This document shows positions 9,232 to 17,921 of a DNA stretch of 64,000 nucleotides, in pieces (the first letter of the stretch is position 1; each line of letters starts with the position of its first letter). The position numbers were made by a program, and so were the translations under genes. Source of the DNA: an uncultured Solirubrobacterales bacterium (GTDB lineage Bacteria > Actinomycetota > Thermoleophilia > Solirubrobacterales > 70-9); assembly GCA_963791335.1 (NCBI GenBank), contig CAWBRN010000003.1, positions 487,841 to 551,840 of the forward strand. Direction: 5' to 3'. Under the pieces are notes generated by a model, which saw only the letters and a program-made list of their open reading frames with translations, did not search any database and was not told the origin of the DNA.

Positions 9232-10104
9232 CTACGTCGGCGTGCGGGTGCGGGTGGGGTGCGGGTGTGGGTGTGGGTGCTCGAACTCGCCGTGGAGATG
9301 TCCCTCGTCGTCCTCCTCCACCTCTTCGAGGTCGACCCTGGTGACGGTCAGGTAGATGACCAGCGCGAGGATCGTCGTCAGGAAGATCAAGCTGGTCACC
9401 GTCGTTCCCAGCCCCCAGCCGCCGTCGGCCTTCGGCTGAGACATCAGGTCGCCGATCGAGGCGCCGAGCGGTCGAGTGAGGATGTAGGCGATCCAGAACG
9501 CCAGCACGGCGTTGAGGCTGAAGCGGTAGTGCGCGAGCGTGACGATCCCGATCAGTGCCGCGAAGATCAGCACCGAGATGCCGTAGCCGAGCCCGAATTG
9601 CTCGGCCACGAGGTCGCCGGCAGACGTGCCCAGGGCGAAGGTGAAGAGGACTGCCAGCCAGTAGAAGGATTCGCGACGGGTCGTGACGATCGTGTGGATC
9701 GAGAGCGTCCGCTCGCTCGCGTACCAGGCGGCGAACGTCGCGGCGAGACAGATCGAGAAAGCGATCGTCGTCGTCTGGAGTGCGACCCCGAGGTTGTCGA
9801 CAAGGTTGTCGCTCACCAGGGTGCCGACGACGCTGATCAGGACGACGGCGAGCCAATAGATGCCCGGCACGTACTTCGTCGACCGGAACTGAAATGCCAG
9901 GACGATCAGCAGCAAGCCGGCCATAAGCCAACTGGTGTTGGTCAGGCCGAGGCCCAGGTTGTCGTTCAGATAGTCGGCGGCGGTCTCCCCGACCGTCGTG
10001 CAGAGGATCTTGATGATCCAGAAGTAGAGGGTGACCTCGGGGACCTTGTTGAGCATCTGCCGGCCGATGGAACGGGCCGGCTGCTGCGCTGCGATTGCTG
10101 TCAT
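9232..10104 (-). CDS. polytopic membrane protein of unknown function (COG4705-like as far as I recall) with a C-terminal acidic / His-Pro repeat tail
   Basis: Intact 290-aa ORF with about 8 helices. Tail reads ..DLEEVEEDDEGHLHGEFEHPHPHPHPTRTRTPT. It is the last gene of the minus-strand PepSY-RR-HK operon. Confidence 0.7.
   Translation of the reverse strand: MTAIAAQQPARSIGRQMLNKVPEVTLYFWIIKILCTTVGETAADYLNDNLGLGLTNTSWLMAGLLLIVLAFQFRSTKYVPGIYWLAVVLISVVGTLVSDNLVDNLGVALQTTTIAFSICLAATFAAWYASERTLSIHTIVTTRRESFYWLAVLFTFALGTSAGDLVAEQFGLGYGISVLIFAALIGIVTLAHYRFSLNAVLAFWIAYILTRPLGASIGDLMSQPKADGGWGLGTTVTSLIFLTTILALVIYLTVTRVDLEEVEEDDEGHLHGEFEHPHPHPHPTRTRTPT
9241..9278. repeat. imperfect (GTGBGG)n hexanucleotide microsatellite inside the 3' end of the 9232..10104 gene
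   Basis: gtgcgg gtgcgg gtgggg tgcggg tgtggg tgtggg. On the minus strand this encodes the HPHPHPHP-TRTRT tail. Confidence 0.8.
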
Positions 10105-10143
10105 GGCGGCGAGTCTGCCGCCGGATTCCTGAACGACTCCTGA

Positions 10144-11490
10144 TCAACCAGGAATGCGGATCACGACCCTGGCGCCGTGCCCACGGTCACGATCGATGTC
10201 GATCCGGCCGCCGTGCGCCTCCACGATGGCTCTGGCGATCGCCAGGCCCAGCCCCGAGCCGCTGCTGGTCCGGCCGGCTTCGGCGCGAGCGAAGCGGTCG
10301 AAGGCCCGCTCGGCGAACTCCTCCGAGAACCCCGCTCCCTCGTCGCTGACGGTGAGCTCCAGCTCGTCGTCGGCGACCCTGGCGGCGAGATCGATTCTTC
10401 CGGCGCCGTGCCGCAGCGCGTTCTCGATCAGGTTTCCGAGTGCCGCCTCGATCCGAGCCGGGTCGAGGATCCAGCTGATGTCGGGCGGAGACGCGACGGC
10501 GATCGAGCGATCCTCCGCCTCGGCCCGCGGGGCGAACCGTGCTCGCGTCCGCTCGAGCAGATCCGAGACCGCGATGCGCTCCGGTTCGAGCGGGAGCTGA
10601 GAGGCATCCGAGCGGGCGAGAGCGAGGAGATCGTCCGCGAGGCGCTGCAGGCGGTCCGCCTCGTCGATGGCGGAGCGCATCGCCGCACGCCTCTCGTCCG
10701 CCGTGCGGTCGGGCCTGATGCCGAGCTCGAGTTCGCCCCTCAGGATCGCAAGCGGCGTCCGGAGCTCGTGCCCGGCGTCGGCCACGAACGACCTCTCCAG
10801 TTCGATCGAGCTCTCGATCCGGGCGAGCATCTCGTTCAGCGTCCTTCCGAGCCGGGCGATCTCGTCATCGGAGGCGGGCAGCGGCAGGCGCTCGCCGCTG
10901 CGCTCGAGCGTGATTCGTCCGGCCCGCCGGCGCATCTCGTCGACCGGCCTGAAGGCGAGCGTCGCGAGCCCGTAGCCGAGGGCGGAGGCGAGCAGCAGGG
11001 CGAGCAGGCCGCCGATGACGAACGACTTGACGAGTCCGGAGAGCGTTTCCGCCCTGTCCCCCGTGGAGACCCCGGCGACGACGATGAAGCTGCCGTCCTC
11101 GGTGCTGACGGGACGCGCCAGGAGCCTCGCGTCGTTCTCGATCCCGGGCACGCTTCCGGCGTCGAAGAACGATGTCGACCGACCGGCGGCCGCAAGCTGA
11201 TCGGCGTCGAGCACCGAGCCTCCCTGCTGTCGCTCGGAGGAGGCGACGACCGACCCGTCGAGCCTGACGACCTCCGAGAGGATGTCCTCGGCACCCTCCT
11301 CCTGGGCTCCTCCGAGCCCGATCTCGTCCGGCCCGGCCGTCTGCAGCTGGCGGGCGATGTCGTCGACCCGCGTGCGGAGGCCGTCGTCGAGAGTGCTGCT
11401 CAGATCGGATGCGACCCGGAGGTAGACGAACAGTCCGACCAGCACGAGGACGATCGCCATCGCGAACGCGAACGCGAAGGTCAGTCGCAC
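10144..11490 (-). CDS. sensor histidine kinase (two TM, HAMP, HisKA, HATPase_c)
   Basis: Intact 448-aa ORF. H-box FVADAGHELRTPLAILRGELE, N-box LGNLIENALRHG, G-boxes VSDEGAGF and GSGLGLAIARAIVEAHGG. Confidence 0.85.
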   Translation of the reverse strand: MRLTFAFAFAMAIVLVLVGLFVYLRVASDLSSTLDDGLRTRVDDIARQLQTAGPDEIGLGGAQEEGAEDILSEVVRLDGSVVASSERQQGGSVLDADQLAAAGRSTSFFDAGSVPGIENDARLLARPVSTEDGSFIVVAGVSTGDRAETLSGLVKSFVIGGLLALLLASALGYGLATLAFRPVDEMRRRAGRITLERSGERLPLPASDDEIARLGRTLNEMLARIESSIELERSFVADAGHELRTPLAILRGELELGIRPDRTADERRAAMRSAIDEADRLQRLADDLLALARSDASQLPLEPERIAVSDLLERTRARFAPRAEAEDRSIAVASPPDISWILDPARIEAALGNLIENALRHGAGRIDLAARVADDELELTVSDEGAGFSEEFAERAFDRFARAEAGRTSSGSGLGLAIARAIVEAHGGRIDIDRDRGHGARVVIRIPG

Positions 11491-11507
11491 CCGGATCGGC
11501 AGTCGGG

Positions 11508-12185
11508 TCAGGATTTCGCGCCTCGCATCCGGTAACCGGCGCCGCGCACGGTCTCGATCGACTCACGCCCGAACGGGCGATCGATCTTCTCCCGGAGGTA
11601 ACGGACGTAGACGTCGACGACGTTGGAGCGGTTCTCGTACTCGTAGTCCCAGGCGTGCTCCAGCAGCTCGAGCCGGCTGAGCACGATGCCGGGGCGGCGC
11701 ATGAACGTCTCCAGCAGCGCGAACTCCTTGGCCGAGAGCTCGATCTCCTGTCCGCCCCGGCGCACCGACCTGGCAGCGGGATCCAGAACCAGGTCGTCGA
11801 TCTCGAGGACCGCCGGGCGCTCGACTGCACCCCGTCTGACGAGCGCGCGGATCCGCGCGGTCAGCTCGGAGAACGAGAAGGGTTTGGCGAGGTAGTCGTC
11901 GGCACCGCCGTCGAGACCGGCCACGCGATCCTCCACCGAGTCCCTCGCGGTGAGCATGAGGACGGGCGCCCAGACGCCGTCGCTCCGCAGGCTCCGGCAG
12001 GTCTCGAAGCCGTCCATGCCGGGGAGCATCACGTCGAGGACGATCGCGTCGTAGGGGGTGCTCCCCGCCATCCACAGCGCGTCCTCGCCGTTCGTCGAGA
12101 CATCGGCCGCGAAGCCCTCGTCCCGCAGACCGCGCTGGAGGATCCGGGCCATCTTGGGTTGATCCTCGACGACCAGGACGCGCAT
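11508..12185 (-). CDS. OmpR-family response regulator
   Basis: MRVLVVEDQPKMARIL..IVLDVMLPGMDG..LTARD..GADDYLAKPF plus the winged helix ..LSAKEFALLETFMRRPG..VDVYVRYLREKID..IETVRGAGYRM. I chose ATG 12185; the track ORF extends to TTG 12206. Confidence 0.9.
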   Translation of the reverse strand: MRVLVVEDQPKMARILQRGLRDEGFAADVSTNGEDALWMAGSTPYDAIVLDVMLPGMDGFETCRSLRSDGVWAPVLMLTARDSVEDRVAGLDGGADDYLAKPFSFSELTARIRALVRRGAVERPAVLEIDDLVLDPAARSVRRGGQEIELSAKEFALLETFMRRPGIVLSRLELLEHAWDYEYENRSNVVDVYVRYLREKIDRPFGRESIETVRGAGYRMRGAKS

Positions 12186-12277
12186 GACCTGATTATGCGC
12201 GCCCAAAGATGAGAGTCGTATGAGAACCGTCCCCCGCCCGACGCGGGAAGCGCCGGGCGGGTTCGGGGAGCGGCTGG

Positions 12278-12670
12278 TCAGCCGGCGTCCTGCTGGGTCT
12301 CGATCTCGTTGAAGGAGGAGTCCAGGAACACCTTCAGTGCCTGTCCGTCCTTCGTGATCTCGACCTCGTATGCCGCACCCTTCGGGGTCGGCTGGTCGTT
12401 GGGGTCCTCGACCGGGTCGGCCTGCTTGGCGGTCTCGACGTCTCCGCCGGCCTGGCCACCGGTGGCCTGCTCGGCAGCGGCGCGCGCCTTCTGCTCGGCA
12501 GCGGCCGGCAGCTCGCCGTCGCTCTCGCTGCCTTGATCGTCGGCGGCGCCGGAGTCGGCAGCCTCGCTGCCGCTGTCGCCGCTGGTGGCGTTCGCGATGG
12601 CGGCGCCGCCGAGGGCGAGTGCGCCGAGAGCGGCGAGGGCGGCGAGCGCCCGCTTGATCTTGTCGCTCAT
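12278..12670 (-). CDS. secreted PepSY-domain-like protein with a low-complexity acidic linker
   Basis: ATG 12670 gives MSDKIKRALAALAALGALALGGAAIANA (signal). This is followed by a D/S/G/A-rich region and ..AAYEVEITKDGQALKVFLDSSFNEIE, typical of a PepSY fold. It lies upstream of the RR-HK pair. Confidence 0.65.
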   Translation of the reverse strand: MSDKIKRALAALAALGALALGGAAIANATSGDSGSEAADSGAADDQGSESDGELPAAAEQKARAAAEQATGGQAGGDVETAKQADPVEDPNDQPTPKGAAYEVEITKDGQALKVFLDSSFNEIETQQDAG

Positions 12671-12839
12671 CTGTTGCTTCCTTTCGTGGGGTTCGCGTTC
12701 ACGGGGAGGTGTGAACGAGAGGGAAGCTAGGAGGGCGGTATGAGACGTTGATGAGCCGCCTGACCCCCCATGCGAACTCTCATCCACTTCTCACGTCGAC
12801 GTGCTGATGGTTGCCTCCCGACCCGAAAGGAAGTCAGTC

Positions 12840-13544
12840 ATGTTCAGGAAGTCGAAGTACCTCGTTATCCCAATCGCGACAGCTGTGCTGGCTATCTCGG
12901 CGACCGCATCGGCCCGCCCCGGGGCCGCACCCGATCGCCGGGCGTTCAGCGACCCGGCTCAGATCACGAACCCCTACCTCCCGATCTCGAGCTTCCATCG
13001 CTGTCGACTGGCCGGGAACGACGAGGGCCAGAAGACGCGCATCACGAGAACGCTCCTCGATCGAACGAAGGCTTTCCGCTTTCACGGCGATCGGATCGAT
13101 GCAGCGATCGTCAAGGACGAGGTGTTCGCAGGCGGCAGGATGATCGAGCTCACTCACGACTACTTCGCCCAGAACGACGCCGGCAAGGTCTTCTACTTCG
13201 GCGAGCGGGTCAACGAGTACGGCCCCGGCGGACAGGTCGGCCACGGCGGCCAGTGGCTGCTCGGCAAGGAGGCCGATCATCCGGGCGTCCTCATGCCCGC
13301 CCACCCGCGGATCGGCTCGTCGTTCCGCTCGGAGCGAGTGCCCGGCGTCACCCACGAGATCGACCACGTCGTGGCGTCGAAGCGGCACGAGCTGATCGCC
13401 GGCAATCGCTATGACCACGTGATCACCGTGCGCGAGAACGCCAGGCCGCCACGCGAGACCGAGTTCAAGAAGTATGCGCGCGGCATCGGCGTGGTCGCCG
13501 AGGCGAACGGCGGCATCCATCTGCTCGGCTGCTCCGCGAGCTGA
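12840..13544 (+). CDS. hypothetical secreted protein
   Basis: ATG 12840 preceded by GAAAGGAAG. Signal MFRKSKYLVIPIATAVLAISATASA. Intact to 13544. No family recognised. Confidence 0.6.
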   Translation: MFRKSKYLVIPIATAVLAISATASARPGAAPDRRAFSDPAQITNPYLPISSFHRCRLAGNDEGQKTRITRTLLDRTKAFRFHGDRIDAAIVKDEVFAGGRMIELTHDYFAQNDAGKVFYFGERVNEYGPGGQVGHGGQWLLGKEADHPGVLMPAHPRIGSSFRSERVPGVTHEIDHVVASKRHELIAGNRYDHVITVRENARPPRETEFKKYARGIGVVAEANGGIHLLGCSAS

Positions 13545-13576
13545 CGCTCACCGCCGCTTGCGGCCGGTCGCTCGGG

Positions 13577-14005
13577 TCAGGAAGCGTTCAGTTCGGCGGC
13601 CGAGCGGACGAGCGCGGTGAAGGCATCTGCATCGAGGTCGTCGTCCTCGCGCAGATCGATCGCTCGCCTCTTGCCGGCGTCGAGGCTGGCGTTGAAGATG
13701 CCGGCGGGATCGTCGAGCGATGCCCCCTTGTCGAAGGTGAGCTTCACCTTGTCCTTGTAGGACTCACCCGTGCAGATGATTCCGTTGCTCGACCAGACCG
13801 GAACGCCGAGAGGGTTGGACGCCTTGCGCCACTTGATCTCCTCGACCACGTCGGGAACGGCCTGCTTGATCAGCTCGCGAGCACGGGTGAGAACCTCGCC
13901 CCGCCAGTCGTCGAGATCCTCGATCCTCTCGTCGACGAGCTCGGTTTCGGATTTGTCCCCACCGGACACGTTCGGGAGCTTGCCAAAGCAACGCTTCCGC
14001 TGCAA
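13577..14005 (-). CDS. DUF1801 (YdhG-like) domain protein
   Basis: ..DLDDWRGEVLTRARELIKQAVPDVVEEIKWRKASNPLGVPVWSSNGIICTGESYKDKVKLTF.. matches the YdhG/DUF1801 pattern. Start is uncertain (TTG 14005 or GTG 13969). Confidence 0.65.
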   Translation of the reverse strand: MQRKRCFGKLPNVSGGDKSETELVDERIEDLDDWRGEVLTRARELIKQAVPDVVEEIKWRKASNPLGVPVWSSNGIICTGESYKDKVKLTFDKGASLDDPAGIFNASLDAGKRRAIDLREDDDLDADAFTALVRSAAELNAS

Positions 14006-14077
14006 GGTGAAAACCCTCGGGGGGTTGGGGACCCGTGTTCACGGGTACGCCCGGGAACACCACGAGAAGGAGTTCCG

Positions 14078-14560
14078 ATGGCGGACAAGCCGATCGACCT
14101 TTATCTGAACGACCACATGGGCGGGGCAATGCTCGGATCGGAGCTGGCCGAGCAAATCGCCGACCGCAACGAGGGAACACCACTCGGCGACCTGATGGCG
14201 CCTGTCGCCGCCGAGGTCGAGGAGGATCGCCAGACGCTCGACGACCTCATGGAGCGACTCGAGGTCGGCCGCAATCCGGTCAAGCAGGCGGGCGGCTGGC
14301 TCGCCGAGAAATGGAGTCGGGTCAAGTTCAGCGGCGCCGGGTCCGGAGACTCCGACCACGGCAACTTCATGGCGCTCGAGACACTGGCGCTCGGGATCCT
14401 CGGGAAGCGTTCGCTGTGGGTTGCCCTGCAGTCGATCGAGGACCAGCAAGATGCGATTCGCGACCTCGACCTCGAGGATCTGATCGCCAGGGCCGACGGC
14501 CAGCACGGGATCGTTGAGCGAGCCCGGATCCAGGCGGCTGTCGGCGTCTTTTCGGGTTAG
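14078..14560 (+). CDS. hypothetical helical protein
   Basis: Intact 160-aa ORF with high GC3 (MADKPIDLYLNDHMGGAMLGSELAEQIADRN..). No family recognised. Confidence 0.6.
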   Translation: MADKPIDLYLNDHMGGAMLGSELAEQIADRNEGTPLGDLMAPVAAEVEEDRQTLDDLMERLEVGRNPVKQAGGWLAEKWSRVKFSGAGSGDSDHGNFMALETLALGILGKRSLWVALQSIEDQQDAIRDLDLEDLIARADGQHGIVERARIQAAVGVFSG

Positions 14561-14620
14561 CGGAGCCCTGCCCGACGGCGACGATCAGCTCCCGGAACGG
14601 CGGGCCGGGCGGGCCGGTGA

Positions 14621-15298
14621 CTACTTCAGGGTGCGCTTCGCGCTGACCGGCTCGCCGAAGGGCAGGCTGCCGGCGACGGAGACGGTCACCTTGTTGCCCT
14701 TCTTGATCGCCTTCTTGCCGGAGCTGGTCAGCTTCACCGGAATCGTGCTCGTCTTGCCCGTCGGGACCGAGAGATCCAGGGCGGTGCCGATCAGAGCGTT
14801 GCCCTTGTTGACGGAGAGGTCGACACCGTTGGCGTCCTTGACCCCCTTGACGTCGACCTTGACGGTTCCGGACTTGCGAACCTTCTTCAGCTTCTGGGAC
14901 GGAATCGAGACCTTGATCGAGGGCCGCGCCTCCGGCGTGCCGCCGGTGACGATGAGGTCGTCCTCCATGCCAGGGTGGATCGTGCAGACGAAGTGGTAGG
15001 TGCCCGGGCTCAGGTACTGAGCGCCCGACGACCGGCGAGGGATCTGCTCCGAGGTTGATGGCGTCGGAGGCGAAGAGCGGTTCGCCGTCGGGCCCGTCAT
15101 CGCTCGGCGACGACGTTGTGGTAGCCCGTTGCCGTCGACGGGGTTCACGTAATTCGGAATCTCCCCCGCGGCCTGCTCAAACGGACCGTTCAGATACGTG
15201 TTGCCGCTCGGGTCGGAGGTGATGTCCACGGCCTGCGCGACCGCAACCGCCCCGAACATGACCACGGCGGCGGCGAGTATCCCTGCGATGTATTTCAT
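14621..15298 (-). pseudogene. secreted cupredoxin (type-1 copper) protein with a Lys-rich C-terminal beta-sandwich module; about 3 frameshifts
   Basis: ATG 15298 with an AGGAAG RBS. Signal MKYIAGILAAAVVMFGAVAVAQA. Cu ligands YHNVV .. YHFVCTIHPGM. The stretch 15020-15125 switches frame three times (NGYHNVVAE / SDDGPDGEPLFASDAINLGADPSPVVG / AQYLSPGTYHF). The tail ends ..TIPVKLTSSGKKAIKKGNKVTVSVAG..VSAKRTLK. Confidence 0.7.
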
Positions 15299-15410
15299 GC
15301 ACTTCCTCATTTGAGAATTCCGTTCGGACACCTAACCCCCGAGGGAGGTGAAAGTCTCGAAGCCGCCTGGTCTCCGGGTCGTCGACCGTGGCCGAGAACT
15401 CGCCCTGGCT

Positions 15411-17104
15411 CTAGCCGCGAACGCGGATCGAGCCCCGCATGAACGGGTGGATGCGACAGAAGTAGGTGTAGGTCTTGCCGGCCTTGGTCAGCGGCGGCGT
15501 CGTGTAGATGTTGGACCCGGTCGTCACCTCGTTGCTGAAGCCCTTCCCGTAGCCGAGCTGGCCGGAGTCGAAGCGGACCGGCCCGGAGGCGAGCGGGTAG
15601 CCGATGCCCGAGCCCTCGTTGCACGGCTCCTGGCATGAGGTGACGCTGTGCCAGACCTGCTGCTGGTTCGTCTCGCCGAACAGCGCGTCCTGGTTGATGA
15701 AGGTGACGGTGTCGCCGGGGTCGACGGTGACCGGGCGCATGAGCTCCTCCGGGAAGCCCTTGGTCGCCGAGAAGCCGCCGGGCGTGTAGAGGAAGTTGTC
15801 GATGTCGACGCCGTCGTCGGGCACCGGGCCCTGGGGCTTGAGATCACGCGGATCGGGCAGCTTCAGGTCCTTGCCGGCCTCGCGAGTCGATGTTCTCCTT
15901 CAGGCGGCCGTGGGTGAGGATGCCGCCCTTGTCGACCATCGCCTTGACGTCCTTGGCGTCGTCGAACGGGTCCCTTGCGCTTCGGATCGTCGGCGGTGGT
16001 CCAGGCGATCGGCAGGATGCCCATCGACTCGTACCAGTCGCCCCGCTTGACGTTGTAGGTGACGTTGATCGAGACGACGTCGCCCGGCTTCAGGCTGATT
16101 CGCCAGTTCCGCGGCGTCGCGGTCATGCTCACGTCCCAGCTGACGGCGCCGGCGGGCTCGTAGTAGTGGGCGTCGCTCTCGAACAGCGGCTTGATCTCGC
16201 TCGGCGTGTCGCCGGCGACCGTGCCGGCGTCGGCGCCGTCACGAGCGACCTGCATGTTCACGCGCTTGCCACCCGGATGCAGGTGGCCGACGCCGAAGAC
16301 GAGCGTCGCGCCGTCGGGGCCGACCACCCAGCGACGGGCGGGGCTGATGTTCTGGCGCTCCTCGTAGCCGGGCGCCGACGGATCGGTCGGGACCTCGTCC
16401 GGGAAGGTGTACTCGCCGTCGCCGTTGGTGTCGAACGCCTTCTCGGCGTCGAAGACGGGGTAGACGTGGGGCGCCCCGGCGACGTCCATCCACTGGATGT
16501 CGATCGGCTTCAGGTTGGCGTCGATCGGGACCCAGTCGATCTCCCAGGTGATCTCCACCTGCCGGCCCTCGCGAGAGTTGAGCTCGTGCAGCATCTGATT
16601 GATGCCCCAGTTGGCGCCGCCGGCGACCTGGAGGCCGTAGCCCCTGGGGAACTTGGGGATCGACTTCTCCTCGCCCGCGGCGAAGGTGGGGTTGAAGCCA
16701 CCGGGAGCGAGCCAGACGACGTGATGCAGGTGCAGGTCCCAGACCGGCGGGACGGTCGTCGAGCCGTCGTCGTGGACCTCGACCATGCTCGGCTTGAAGC
16801 GGGTGACGTAGCCCTGGGTCGTGCGAGTTGGCGGCGAAGACCGAGGGATCGACCGGGCCGTCGCCGACCTTGACCGCGTTCGGGCAGGTCTTGGTGACCG
16901 TGAAGTCGTTGGTGTTCTGACCCGGGTAGATGTTGATCGGGTGCCGTGTGGCACTGGAACGTCGTCATGCCCGGGTAGTCCTTGACCGCCTTGAGCGTCT
17001 TCGGCTTCTTGGCGGCGGACGCCGGCGATGCGAAGAGCGGCCGCGATCGCTACGGAGGCGAGCAGGACGAAGATGGCGTGTGCAGGCCGCCGCCGAGTGT
17101 GCAT
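15411..17104 (-). pseudogene. about 560-aa secreted protein: uncharacterised His-motif N-terminal domain plus C-terminal type-1 copper cupredoxin domain; about 5 frameshifts
   Basis: Signal MHTRRRPAHAIFVLLASVAIAAAL/FASPASAAKKPK... Then ..TTFQCHTAP/INIYPGQNTNDFTVTKTCPNAVKVGDG..FAANS/TTQGYVTRFKPSMVEVHDDG..WDLHLHHVVW..VFGVGHLHPGGKR..DPKRK/DPFDDAKDVKAMVDKGGILTHGRLKENIDSR/AGKDLKLPDPRDLKPQGPVPDDGVDIDNF..VWHSVTSCQEPC..YTYFCRIHPFMRGSIRVRG*. Frame changes lie near 17035, 16940, 16823, 15971 and 15881. Confidence 0.7.
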
Positions 17105-17186
17105 GCCGTCACGCTAGCAAGGTGATGACGCGAGGTCAACGTGGTAGGCGCCCAGGCACGGCTGACTCACGGGATAGGCTCGCGGC

Positions 17187-17921
17187 GTGGACAACGCCGA
17201 GGCCCACCGCTTCGCTCGTGAGAAGGGCACCTCCAGGGTCGCGACGAGGACCGCCCGCGGGCTCGCGATCCCGTACATGAAGCTGATCTACGCGCTCAAG
17301 ATCGAGGGCGCCGAGAACATCCCGCGGGAGGGGCCGGTGATCATCGCTCCGAATCACAAGAGCTTCTGGGATGCGTTCTTCGTCGCCGCGGCGACGAAGC
17401 GCCCCATCCGCTTCATGGGCAAGAACGAACTCTTCGAGGGCCGCGCCGGAAAACTCCTGATCCGGCTCGGCGCCTTCCCCGTTCGCCGCGGCTCCTCCGA
17501 TGCCGACGCGATCGAGACGGCTCGGCAGATCCTCCTCGATGGCGGCCTCCTGGCCCTGTTCCCCGAGGGCACGCGGGTGCGGGACCCGACGATCCTCGGC
17601 CAGCCTCACAAGGGTGCCGCCCGGCTGGCGCTCGAGACCGGGGCGACGGTGATCCCGTGCGCGATCACCGGCACCGAGAAGCTGTTCGCCGGGCCGGTGC
17701 CCCGACCCGGGCGGGTTCGCGTCTCGTTCGGCGAGCCGATCGAGCTGTCGCCGACCGAGCCGACCCCGGAGGCGGCCGCCGAGCTCGTCGACGAGCGCCT
17801 CTGGCCGGAGGTGGAACGTCAGCGCGAGCGGCTGCTCTCCCATCCCGGCGTGATCGCCGCGGGCCTGGCCGCGCTCGGTGTCGGCGCGGGCGTTGCCGCC
17901 CGGCGTCGGCGCAGGCGCTAG
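17187..17921 (+). CDS. plsC: 1-acyl-sn-glycerol-3-phosphate acyltransferase family protein
   Basis: Intact 244 aa (GTG start). Contains the acyltransferase blocks IIAPNHKSFWD, FMGKNELF and FPEGTR, plus PCAITG. Confidence 0.85.
   Translation: MDNAEAHRFAREKGTSRVATRTARGLAIPYMKLIYALKIEGAENIPREGPVIIAPNHKSFWDAFFVAAATKRPIRFMGKNELFEGRAGKLLIRLGAFPVRRGSSDADAIETARQILLDGGLLALFPEGTRVRDPTILGQPHKGAARLALETGATVIPCAITGTEKLFAGPVPRPGRVRVSFGEPIELSPTEPTPEAAAELVDERLWPEVERQRERLLSHPGVIAAGLAALGVGAGVAARRRRRR

Noticed and set aside
9241-9278. The GTGBGG repeat as a CRISPR-like or regulatory array.
   Set aside because: The units are contiguous 6-mers with no spacers and lie inside a coding region. It is a coding microsatellite.
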